Assembly (NCBI RefSeq): GCF_008831285.2
Contig: NC_045138.2
Coordinates: forward strand, 14,818,001-14,882,000
Length of the DNA stretch: 64,000 nt
Reading direction: 5' to 3'
Origin: Nymphaea colorata
Taxonomy: Eukaryota
The position numbers and the translations under genes are program-made. Shown here one piece after another: positions 52,851 to 64,000 of this stretch; the stretch's first letter is position 1; every line of letters starts with the position of its first letter. Under the pieces are notes generated by a model, which made no database searches, was not told the origin of the DNA, and saw nothing but the letters and a program-made list of their open reading frames with translations.

Positions 52851-55800
52851 ATGGTCTGCTGCTTTCTTCTGGTTAAGCAGCGTTGGTTACTTTTCCGCTT
52901 AAGGACATTGGGTGTTGGGTTGCTTTCTTGTCTTTGTTTTCCTTTTTTCCTTCTGCCCTAGTTGTGTGTGGGTCTTTTTCTTTCTTCTGTGGTTGCTCTT
53001 CTGCTCATTAAATCTTCTGCTTATTGAATGGATTTGGGTTGTTTTCCTTTCCCTTCTAGGTTGGAAGGGTTTACCTTTGCGCAACGCATTCTTTGTTGTG
53101 GGGTTCAACGTCGTTTCTTCATGGTTAGTGTCATTCTCTTTCTTCTTATCACTCTTTCATTGAGTTTTTCCTTGTGATGTTGCATTTACTTTAAGACGAA
53201 AGCTTTATTATGATATATTTCTGGTAGATTTTTTGTGATATTTTAGTTTGCAAAATGAAATAGTTGTTTTTGTGTTTATTGTATGTTTGTCCTATAATAT
53301 CTTCAATTTTATTGGTTTCACATGTCCCTATGGTTGTCATGATCCAATACATAATCTTGCTTGTGTTGTCAAGGAGCCAAAATGTTTTGATCCAGATTTG
53401 GAGACTGAGCTCTCGTTTGCTTTCAGTTTATGCCACACAAATATAGATGTGGATTGGCTGAAAGCCTGAAACTGCAAAGTCACAGAAAATGTCTTTTTTT
53501 ATTAAAAAAAGTGAACAAAAGTGAAAAAATGTGATAAATTCGATGGCTGTTTAAAACATAAAAAAATGTGTTAAAAAAAAACATTAAATAGCAAAAAGGC
53601 GCTTTTTAGCACGTTTTTTTTTCACTTTTTTAATTTTTTAATGCCAAACAATTTATTTATTTTTTATTTGTTGCAAATCTACTTATCTTATTTTTTGATG
53701 TTTATGTTATTAGTTTCTCACTTATTTTACTTTTCTTCATTTTTAGTTTTTGAAATTTTTTAAAAATTTATATTATTTTTCCCATTTTTTCAAGCTCGCC
53801 GTATTATATTCGAGAAAAACCTCACCGTTTAAAACTCTGAAACCTGATTTGTGACTATGGTTGAAAGCATCATACCTCGTGCTTGTATTGGCCATATTTT
53901 ATGGTATGGCTTCCATATCAGTTGATACAAGTTCTTTTTTTTTTTTCAACGGTTTTTAAGAAGCTTTGGAGGCCAAGTTTTTGCTATTTAAAAAAAAAAT
54001 CACAAGAAATCATCTATTTTATGGTAAAATCACTAGTTTGAGGGATAATGAAGAAAAATAAAAATTAATGATTATCGTATTGATTGATAATGATCATGAT
54101 GTTACTGAATCATAAACATAATTTCAATTTGTATTTGGCAGAGAATTTTATGAATTATGTGTTTTTATGTAAATGATTTTGAAGTTTTTGTTGTTTATGA
54201 ATTATAATTCATGAATGTTTATTATGTTTGTGATGAGTTCTGTTTATCAAACACGTTTTCTTGAAATTTCAAGTTTTTTTTGGCTTTTTTCTTTCTTTTT
54301 TTCATATTTTTTTAAATATTTTTTATAAAATTTTAAATAATTTTAAGGTACATTTTGATACATTTTCTATATGCTACAATTAGTGTAAAGGTTAGTTTGA
54401 TCGATACGCTTTACAATATGCCTTTTACAATGTTCACCGATACGCTTGTGTTACACATGAAAAATGTGGTCATAAACATGAAAATATATTTTGTAAACTT
54501 ATATGATAAGTATTGTATAATAAGAGCTTGTATCATATGATATAGGCAACATTGTATGTCATAGCACATTGCAATATCTAAATCTTTATAATCTATTATT
54601 GATATAATGCAAGTGATTTCAATTTTCATTAATGCTCATTGGTCAACATTTATGAAGAAATACAAAGATGTTTCCTTTTATTTGAGATCATAGTTGTTAG
54701 AATTAGGTTAATAAGGTCATGTATGATATTTGGGGTTGGCTTTATTTTGATTGTCTTCTTAGGTTATTGGTTGTTTTTGTTTTAGCAAAGTGATTCTTAG
54801 TGTCATGGGTTGACTTTTTCAAGCTTATTTGGCCCACGCAGCGCTGAATGTTTCCCAAGCTTTTGGCCAGTCTTATCTCAATCTTAGTGTAGCGGAAACT
54901 TTCATCAATCTTTTGGGACCATGGACTAGACGAGTGAGTGCTAGGCACTTGGCACAACATCACCCTACATTATCCCATAGTAGACCATCTACAAGCCGTG
55001 GCCATGAGGCCATGTCAGAACACCCACTCCTCCAAGCGCCTGTCTACTTTTATACGAAATCTGGGTATGGGTAGACTTTCATTGGAAGCCTCCAATTGAA
55101 GTCGGTTGTTGACTGTATGTTATTAAGTAAAGCGGCCGACCATCGCTACTCGTCGTCGAGCTTTCACTTGCTCGCCCCGCGTTACTCTATGCGATTGTCA
55201 ATGTAGCATATGCGTCCATCGAGGGAATTGCTCCTAACCCACGTGCACTCCCGTGCACAACCAAACACTACGCGTGGGGAATCCATCGATTTCGAACTAC
55301 AGACTTGCACGTTTCAAGGGATTGATGACCAAGATGCACTTATACGCTTTGTCTTTGCACCACCGCGCTGCACATTCCAAGTGCATTGCTTTTTGCTTGA
55401 CTTAGAGTTTGATTGGATCTCACATGCTTCCCGAGCAATGCCGAAGCTGGCCAAGCAGCATCTCATATTGTTGGCTTGGCGGGGCCAAACATAGTCGGTC
55501 TGCAACATTCTCCCACCACAAAATCGTCGATGCCCTCAGCGACCTGTCTCGAGTGAGAGAAACTCCGCAACCATCCCCTTTATTTCATTCAATTGAGCCA
55601 CCATCCGTTTGCTTGACGCATTTGTCACGTCTCGGCTACTTATTTTATCGGGTGTTTTGCCTCTAGTCTATTTTCGGTTCTTCTCACTTTTTTGTCACTT
55701 TCTGCATTTTCTTTAGTAAAGTTTGAAACATATCCGACGACCACTAACTATCAAATTTCTAAGATGTGTTGCCAACCAACATTCTTGCTTCTTCAAGCCA

Positions 55801-58508
55801 TAACAACGCTAAGGGCCCATGCTCTCTTGGACAATCTTTTTTCAGGTTGGGCCTCTCACCCTATTTGCATTAACAAACGGTTCCTCATGGTCTTTCTGGT
55901 CTTGATACCTAGATACTATCTTCGGAACGTGTGATTTCCATTTGGTCAACACCAACACAGCCACTTGAACCAGTGTCCAACGAACATACCCAAATTATAG
56001 GGCACTAGCAACAAGCCAATCTTATTTAGAACAACTTGTTGATTGTATCTTTTGCATCGTTCTCATCTTTTAAGTTCTTTCCGAGAAATTGTCCTACTCT
56101 GATACTATTTTTTCATGGGCTGACTTTTTCAAGCCTATTTGGCCCGTATGGCACTGAAGGTTTCCCAAGCTTTCAGCCAACCTTAACTCAATTTTAGTGT
56201 AGCGGAAGCTTTCATCAATCTTCTGGGATTATGGAGTGGACGAGGAGTCTTAGACACTCGGCACAACATCACTCAGGATTATTACACAGTAGACCATTGG
56301 CAAACCGTGGCCATGAGGCCCTATCAGAACACTGTAATTCCTCCAAGTGCCTATCTACTTTCATACGAAATCTGGGTGGAGGTAGACATCAATTGGGAGG
56401 AAGTCCCTGACCGAAGCCAGTTGTCGACTATATGTCATTAAGTAATGCGGCCGACCATCGCTACTAGTCGTCGAGCTTTCACTTGCTCGCCCTTGCGTGA
56501 CTCTACGCCTTTTTGGACACAACATATGCGTCTACCGAGGGAATTGCCCCTAACCCACGTGTGACCCCGTGCGTATTCAAGCAATACGCGTGGGGAACCT
56601 ATCGATTCCCCAACGACGGACTTGCACGTTTCAAGAGATTGATGACCAAGACTCACTTATATGATTTGTCTTTGCACCGCCACGCTGCGCATTCCAAATG
56701 CATTGCTTTCTGCTTGACTTAACGTTTGATTGGATCCCACATGCTTCCCAAACAATGCCGAAGCTGGGCCAGACATAGTCGGTCCGCAACACTTAGTTTG
56801 TTTTGTTTTGTTAATTAGATTAAGTCATGAAGGGTCCCTAGTTTTTTTTGTTATCCAAACAAAGTTGATATTTTTGCACTAACTTTGTTCCTTCATTTAA
56901 TGCTTTTAGTCAATTTTGTAAAAGACATATCTTAACGTATATTGGTTGGATTGACCTATTTGGCGTATCATAACGTATCGGTATCGCCAATGTATCGTTG
57001 GGTATTGTATAATTAGTTTTTGAAATTTTAAAAATATAAAAAAATTCTATAAAATAAAGAAAATTTGAAAAGATAAATAAAATAAAAAAATCTATAAAAA
57101 TGTAATCAATATAAAAAATCATCATACATAAAGAACATTCATAATGCATCATTCATAGGTTATTATAATATATCAACAACACATTCAAAATAACATAATA
57201 AAGTTAAACATCCATCACAATATATTAAAGTATTACATCACTATTTATAAGTTCAAAACATATAATTATCATCTTTCACGATTCAACGATAATCATATTC
57301 CTCGTCATTTGCGTCATGATCTTCATCCTCATTTTCATTTTTTTCATTATATGTTTTAATCTATTTTGTTGAAATCTCACCAACATTTCATTGCTCTCCA
57401 GCCTCTCTTTCTTTCAAAAAACTATATTGCTTATTCAATGTTTAGAAAATCAAGGTCGTCCTCATCAAGGATCATAGATGGTTCATGGTTGTTTTTCAAT
57501 ACAGGGATCTAATACATCAAAATTGCCAAGGCTGATGGGATCAAATGAGTTTGATGCTTCCTTGAAGGCGTTGCTTATCAATGTTATGTTCATTGTACCT
57601 AAGGGGAAATATACAAGGAAGTTTATGAATGTTCTGTACTTGATATTTGTGCACCCATTTGCCATTACACTTTATCGTGTGTTTCCAGCTCTTCAGTTCA
57701 GTCCACACAATATGCTTTGATATCTCTAATTGCATCATTAAAAGTTTTACCTTGCAATTTATGATAAGAAGGTATTTTATACCCTTGGCATACAAAAAGT
57801 GATCACATTTGTTGTAGGTTGAAAATGATAAGAGTTAGTTGTATTAAAGAGAATGGATGCATCACAGAACCACCTTCCTATGGTATCATTTGCTGCGTTG
57901 ATAATGTCCCTCGTACACATGGCTATACGAATTTCACGCTCATGCAGTAGTATAAATGGGGAAGAAATTCTTGATCAAGTAGAATCCAATATTCGACCTC
58001 CTAGTTGGTACTTTACCATCAGTACAAGTGGTATGACCACTGCTCCTTCCACGTATCTTAAGTTATACTTGTACTTGCACCTGCACGTCTTCTCTTTCTC
58101 GCTGAAGCTTAATAACCACCTTTATGCATTATGTCTTTCCTTTATCTGTGATACAGATAACATTGCTTATGGTAACACCAATAAAACACGAATTTGACTT
58201 TTTTTATAGTTTCAAATGACCGACTTATTTATTGTTTTTTTTAAAATGTATCTTTTATGACTATGGACACATCGATTTTTTTTATTGCTACATTTGATAA
58301 TAGGTTTCTTCCTTGAAGTCATTACATTTTTTATTTGAAATTTGTCTTTGCATATAATGTTAATATAATTTTTTTGTTAATATTGTTGAATGATACATTT
58401 TAATCATTAAATTGTAATGCAGGAACTTGTTTGTGAAACTTGTGGTGGATCGCGCTTCTCTGATTGTTTTATCATTTGTCAGAAGTGTAGTTCTTATGCA
58501 GTGCATCG
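52851..58508 (+). CDS. 5' part of a PHD-finger protein gene (PHD1/AIPP2-like); remaining exons not found in the window
   Basis: Exon 58423-58508 (ATGCAG|...CG|GTATTT) encodes ELVCETCGGSRFSDCFIICQKCSSYAVHR, a CxxC-x10-CxxC-x5-H first half of a PHD finger. Likely start exon 52801-52853 ending ATG|GTCTGC, preceded by a 5'-UTR intron 52549-52800 (GTGAGT..AACAG) and a GC-rich promoter at ~52200-52500. The start exon is inferred. Confidence 0.6.
54801..56791 (-). mobile_element. Complete non-autonomous LTR retrotransposon (TRIM/LARD-like)
   Basis: Direct repeats 54801-55507 and 56111-56791 (TGTCATGGG...GCAACA). 5-bp TSD CTTAG at 54796-54800 and 56792-56796. On the minus strand, degenerate Met PBS TAGTATCAGAGT (56096-56107) and PPT GGTGGGAGAA (55508-55517). 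The ~600-bp interior has no recognisable coding capacity. Confidence 0.88.
56910..57700 (-). mobile_element. hAT transposon remnant (transposase C-terminus and subterminal repeats)
   Basis: The minus-strand degenerate translation LVYF..YN..FDPISLGNFDVLDPCIE resembles the C-terminal tail of plant hAT transposases and is followed by an acidic stretch. Clustered GTATCG/CGATAC subterminal motifs at 56935-57000. Confidence 0.6.
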
Positions 58509-59388
58509 GTATTTAAACTTTGTGGTTACTACATTATTAATATATCTTTCTTTTTTGCGAAAGTATTTCATGAACTTCTTTATGCTTTTTTGAGCATTAT
58601 CCTTTGGATAAGTCAATTGTATTTTATCTTGATTGTTGTCTGATAATGTTAATTTGCAAGCACTACTTTATGTTGTTGTGGGGCCTTGATTTCAAGTTTC
58701 AACTATTTTTGCTTAGTTCTTTTGAATGCTGTGTTCATGTATTTTTGCTTGCTACTTCCTTCCCATGCGAAATCCTTTACTATTTTTTGTGGAGGTATGC
58801 TGAGGTTTGATAGACGTTTCTTTTTGGAATGAAACCATTGTGAAATTATAACTGTGACATTTAACATTTTTATAGTGACATATCTTCTAATCAAGCTGAG
58901 GAACAATTTGGAGACACAAAATTAGAATGCCATTTCATGATAACTTGATGGTTATTTTCAATGTGCAATGACCACATGTGTAATTGAAGCACTAGATAGA
59001 CGTAGGCTGGAAATTTAAAGGTTCTTTGTTGCTACTCAATAAAAGAAAACAATAAAGGGGAAAGAAAAGAGAGGAGAGAAGGTCCAAATCAGGGGTTTTA
59101 GGTAAAGCTGAACACTGGTCAATATATTAGGAAATAAAACAAACAAAAATATTTTGGAAACTTGATGTCGATGTTGTTCAACATGGCATCTATGTTATTT
59201 GCGGTGCTTAGTCCAGCACTTAGGCACACTTTTAATTTTTTAATTATTTAGATGGTACTGCATTGCCCATGTTATATCCTTCTCTCTTAACTCTAATGGT
59301 GGAAATGATGAAGGTACATTGAGAAGACAACAGTTGGATGGATGAAATTGAGACCAGTATGTAGTTATGTATCACTATGTCGTAGGGG

Positions 59389-59767
59389 CAGTGTTGTATG
59401 TATCGTACGATATGGAGCCGTATCGTACGATACGTATCATATCGAACGTAAAATACTATACGATACACCCCTCGTATTGTACATTTACGATATGACAACG
59501 ATACAGTTACGATACGGCACGATACGTTACGATACAATTACGATACGACACGATACGTTACGATACAGTTACGATACGACACGATACAGGTATGATACGG
59601 TAATTTTTATTGATTTTTTATTATTATTTTTGTATTTTTTAGAAATTTTTATATTTTTTCTGATTTTTTTTAAAAACAATATTGTTACGATACATTACAA
59701 TATTTTACGATACAACGTATCTTAAAGCCAAACCGATACGGCTTATGTTACGCTTTTTACAACATTG
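59389..59767. mobile_element. hAT-type MITE with many CGATAC subterminal repeats
   Basis: TIR CAGTGTTGTA / TACAACATTG; 8-bp TSD CGTAGGGG / CGTATGGG; more than 10 (A)CGATAC motifs. Confidence 0.85.
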
Positions 59768-60594
59768 CGTATGGGTACTCCTAAACTGCTGGACCCATGT
59801 TGATGTTGGTATTGGTTTTGGTGCTTTTTTGAGACAGTGCGTCCCATGCAAGTAGCTGAGTCGGGGCAAAACTGGCCATTTGAAATGTACAACAGACTAA
59901 AATTTGGACAATACAAAAAGTTTATATATAAATATAGATAAATGAAGCTCGTAAATAGTTAAGTAACTATATATATACACTTAATCACCACACCCACATC
60001 TAAATTTTATTGAAAAATTGCTGTATCTGCACCTACACCAGCACCAACACCTTGCTCCCATAGCATGTGAGCGGGGAGAAGTGTACATACACATTTCATT
60101 TTGTGTTGTTCAAATGGAATGTCTCCTTTGGCTGGAAGCGATAATTAAACCATTGCCACAAATATCGTTCTTGAGTTTCCAATGGTGGTGTTTTTCTCAA
60201 GTATTTTTCGGTAATATTGTTTTTGTTAGGAAAGCCTTGGAAAATGAAAAAATAAAATTAAGTAAAAACACAACGAATGAGAAGCTAAGGACATTAGCTC
60301 AACCTAAAAAATGTTAAAAGTAAGGTTTCAATGATATAAAAATAAAGCCAAATAATTCCATTTAGGTGTAAATATGAATCCATGACAATATTAATGTTAA
60401 GAAAAGAGAAAAATGAAAAAACAGGAAAAGTCGTGAAGATAACATGATAAATTTATTCTCATTTAAAAAAAGCTATGATTTTTTTTCATTTTTTTTAATT
60501 TTCTTATTTTGCTTGTTAATATTGTGATACTTTCGAAAATATCACGATATCTATGACAATGGCTGAACGACTTGGATTAAGGTTCCAAGATGAG

Positions 60595-63150
60595 TGTTAG
60601 ACACCGGATAGGGGATCTCGGGTCGGGTCCATTAGTCTGACCCATTAACCTATATAAAAAGGGGTTTTAGTAGATCAGAATAGAGATCATTGCAGAAATT
60701 AGTGGGTGTTCCTCTGGGAGTAGAAAGCCTAATCTAGAGATTAGGGTTGAGTGTGCGCGTGGAATTTGGGGTTTCCTTTTGTAAGGGTTCATCGAGGTTA
60801 GCGGTGGCTTACAATCATATCAGAGCTGGTCGTCTGCTTCACCAAACCAAATCACCTCTTCACGTTGTTTGCTTGTGAGAATGCTTGTGAGGATGAGGAT
60901 CCCACAACTCTTGAATCCTTCTACAAGCAATTGGAGGAAGAGCACCAAATGATGGACAAGTTCATGGAGGCGATGGAAACTGAGAATCCATGGCTAAGAG
61001 GTTGGGAATTATAATGGCCTAGCAAAAGGTTTTCAAAGACCTGGTGGAACAGTTGCTTAACAGCATAGATGTTAGGGTGATCAGAGCCAAGAACATTCTA
61101 GAGTCGTCATACAAGGATGGAGAACAAGTAGAAAAGATAGTGTCCACCTCTCAAGATGCAGAGGCGGTTAAGAAGGTCTGTCACATCAACTCGATTTTTA
61201 TGGTAGCGACAATAATTTCCGTCGTGTTGAGATCATGAAGCAAGAGATTGTAGGAAGTGAAGAGAACCTACAAGAAAATGGCCAGAAAATTGTTGATGTT
61301 GATGAAAAAGGCACGAGCTAGTTTTTACAGGGTGTCGATGAAATCTTGGATGTTTGTTTATGCCGATTCAAGTTGGAAAGAGAAATAGTTGGGATTGGGA
61401 AGCACCATTTATGCCATGGGGGCACATTCGTTCGATCACCCAAGAAAGGCACCAATGTCCTATCGCCAATAGTCAAAAGGCAAGGTACACATAATTCTTT
61501 TTATGTTTATGTGGAGTTATCGGCAGGGCGCCAAGTTGCTTTTCTGGAGGCCTCACATGTGATTGGAAGGAATGCAAAGCAGCCATGGAAACCACCGTGG
61601 GTCAATGAGGATGGCGACTCAAAGCAAGATGCAGGGAGGCTCAAGGAACGAAGATCTCAGGCACCATTATTTGATATTACAGTTGGTGACCTTTTTCCCT
61701 AGGTGAATTGCAATCAGGTTCCAAAAATGCGTTCAACGTCGGACATTCTCTTACCAATGGCAAGTCTATGCGAATCAGGGAAAAACCTCATAAAGATCAG
61801 AAAGGCCCTTTGAGATCCGATTGCAAGGCTTTTGAGGGATATCAGACTATTGGGGATGAAATCATAGGCCGATTGGCGATTACAAGGAGAGGGGGAGTGG
61901 TTGCTGGTCCAGATGACCTGCCGCAATCTGTTTTACTGCAAGCAACAAAAGGAGCCATTAGATTTGCCAATTGATGATGCTATTGAGGCGCAAGCTATAG
62001 AAAATCCTAAACCAGGCAAGGCTAGGGAAACCACCCAAAGTCAGAGAAGTGTTCGCCTTAGAAGAATAAGGCTAACTATACCAGTGTTCCAGTTCTTGAA
62101 GCCAGAAATTGTCACTCCCAACCTTGACAGGATTGTCATTACACGTTTGATAATAATTCCTTTGCTGTATGAGGAAAAGTCAGGGAAGCACCTTGACGAC
62201 GCTGACACTCTTTGGCGTGGATTCTCCTCGATGCATTCTTTCATTTCTTTCACAAGAATAATCTTGCAGTGTGGCAGCTTTCACAAGGCCAACAAGACTA
62301 CTTGGAGGAGAAGGATAAAATCATGGTTGGTGTGGGATTTCCTTACTCAAAAATTGATATTGAGAAGGTCCTAGTGGCCATTCCTAATGCAAGACGGTGC
62401 AAGGAGAGCACACCTTTGATGGTAAAGAATGCATATATACCGATATGGAGGGCCACTCTTAAAGGTTTGGGCATATGCTGTTGGGGAGGGTCTTGGAAGG
62501 GATCTTGAGAGTTGGAGGGAGATCATCTTTCTATCTTGTTGTCCTGAACCAAGCAGCGGTCTAGACACACAGAAAGCTATGGTGAACCAGGCAGTGGGCT
62601 TAGAATAGTTAATAAATTCCGACATTACCTCTGAAGTTTGGGTCACTATCGACATTAGTAGATGCCCCAAATTGGTAAGTGAAAATGTTGAGTTGCATGG
62701 GCTGGTTTTCCACGAACAAGTTACGAGGGGGTACGAGCGATTGCAAGGAAGCTCAAAGTGGGAATGGATTGTGAGTGTGACTGGATCAGAGGGAAGAACG
62801 TTAGCCATGCATTCCATTGACCCTTCTCATGTGAAGGTTCGTGTGACAGGTAAGTGTTACGATGATACATCGATTTTGCAAGTTTCAATCACAGATTGCT
62901 TTGACCATGGACCTCTTGAGAAAAAAACTCATTTTTTGGAAATGGAGTTCTACTCTATCTTGGGTGATAGTTCACTCTCTTCACCTAAAGCCAAAATATC
63001 ATTTATATAGTCCATATCATCTTTGACTTACTCAAAAGTGAGATTAGTTGAAGCCGAGCAGTTTCACTGATCGATGCTTACCTATCCAACTCTGGCACAT
63101 GCCTTAATGCATGTTATGGAACATGCTGGTGGGGGAAGAGTGATTTCCCA
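60595..63150 (+). mobile_element. Decayed Ty3/gypsy LTR retrotransposon (5' LTR, PBS, gag/protease remnants)
   Basis: LTR-like 60595-60813 (TGTTAG...CTTACA, TATATAAA at ~60651), followed by degenerate Met PBS ATCATATCAGAGC (60814-60826). Broken ORFs include a decayed zinc-knuckle-like segment (~61725-61765) and a protease-like VTIDISRCPKLVSENVELHGL..KVRVTGKCYDD (62640-62870). The right boundary is uncertain and no 3' LTR was seen. Confidence 0.65.
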
Positions 63151-63735
63151 GTCTTGTGGGATGGAAGATAAAAACATGCCCTATAATTATTTTGTTATCA
63201 TTGCATCTGGTTAGGAAAGGGTGGACACGAGAGACTACTTATTGTGGAGCCTGTAGTTTCCCTGAGCATGAATTTGAAGACATGCCTTATGAAGAAACTA
63301 TACAATCCATGGTGCAAGGAGAAAGGGAGGGCGTTAAGGGTCTTGAGCAGTTCAGCTGGTCAGAACCAACACCTTATTTGGATCACACACTTTGGTTTTT
63401 CCATCCTCAAGTGACAACCCCATTATGCCGACTTGCTGAAATCCAAGGAATGGCTGCTCACTATAGTAAGTACACTCACTTGATTACGTGTAAAAAGGAG
63501 CATCCAAGAATGCATTGTGGTGCCGATCAGTGGGTTAAATTGCAGGCCTTCAAGGAAGATGCATGCTTGGGCAATTGTAGAACAACATACTTCTTCACAC
63601 ATATTGTCATGAGACACATTATCTTGGCAGTTGCATTTACAACATGTAGATGGGAAATGCAGCACAAGTTGGCATGGAAGGACTCGTCTCACCCATTAGC
63701 GATTCATACTCCGCCACTCACACCCATTAGCGGTA

Positions 63736-64000
63736 CCAGTGCGGGTGCGGCGCAGGTGTGGTCAACACAACACTGAGTACGGTCAACGTACCTGGGGTAA
63801 TTTTTAACCATTTTCAGACTTGGTCAACTTTGACCAAGTCCAAATTTGTCTGGTTTTGAATTTTAACGTTTTTTTTTTAAATTTTAACGTTTTAAACAAT
63901 TTTCATGTTAAAATCTTCGAAACCTTTAGACATATTTTCGTTTCGTCGACTACGTTTCTTCCTCTTCATCGAAGACCGACGATGCTTCACCGAAAACCAA
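63736..64000. mobile_element. Start of a hAT-derived repeat (GCGGGTGCGG / GGTCAAC motifs), running off the window
   Basis: GTGCGGGTGCGGCGCAGGTGTGGTCAAC and repeated GGTCAAC/TTGACC motifs, similar to the interior of the 47936-48164 MITE. Confidence 0.4.

Noticed and set aside
54801..56791. Cassandra-type TRIM carrying 5S rRNA sequence
   Set aside because: I could not find the 5S A/C-box segment (e.g. AGGATGGGTGACC) in either LTR, on either strand.
58064..58090. miR530-like TGTACTTGCACCTGCACGT; also partial miR164-like (~37250), miR160-like (~42178) and miR408-like (~27160) matches
   Set aside because: Only partial matches, and no miRNA/miRNA* hairpin context supports a conserved miRNA. The 58 kb match looks like a GCACC(T/A)GCAC MITE motif.
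59244..59725. ORFs with RYDT repeats
   Set aside because: Translation of the CGATAC subterminal repeats of a hAT MITE.

Overview
Eukaryotic flowering-plant nuclear DNA: spliced genes, microsatellites, MITEs and LTR-element debris. The species cannot be fixed from the sequence alone; the repeat style suggests a water-lily-like early-diverging angiosperm, but that is a guess. Well-supported genes: (1) the 3' part of TONSOKU/BRUSHY1/MGOUN3 (+, 268-6770, 17 exons traced by hand, apparently with one GC-AG intron); (2) an intronless U-box/ARM E3 ligase of the PUB27/28/29-CMPG type (-, 13399-14643); (3) an IDA-LIKE secreted peptide precursor (+, 29950-30165); (4) an RZ-1 glycine-rich RRM/zinc-knuckle RNA-binding protein (-, 48743-49594, with 5'- and 3'-UTR introns). 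Two genes are fragmented or missed by the ORF track. One is a candidate 3-exon, ~97-aa protein with a signal peptide and a GPI-like C-terminus (-, 38459-40787). The other is the 5' end of a PHD-finger gene (PHD1/AIPP2-like, +), whose 86-nt PHD exon (58423-58508) sits among stacked transposons. Mobile DNA includes a complete non-autonomous LTR element with a CTTAG target-site duplication (54801-56791), a decayed gypsy element (from ~60595), a decayed copia-like element with three LTR-like units (~42650-43940), a hAT transposase remnant and several hAT MITEs with 8-bp TSDs. An imperfect ~110-bp inverted repeat lies at 41688-42247. No rRNA, tRNA, CRISPR or recognisable conserved miRNA was found. 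No new multi-gene system can be demonstrated; the best novelty candidates are the small GPI-type gene and the TE-embedded PHD gene.
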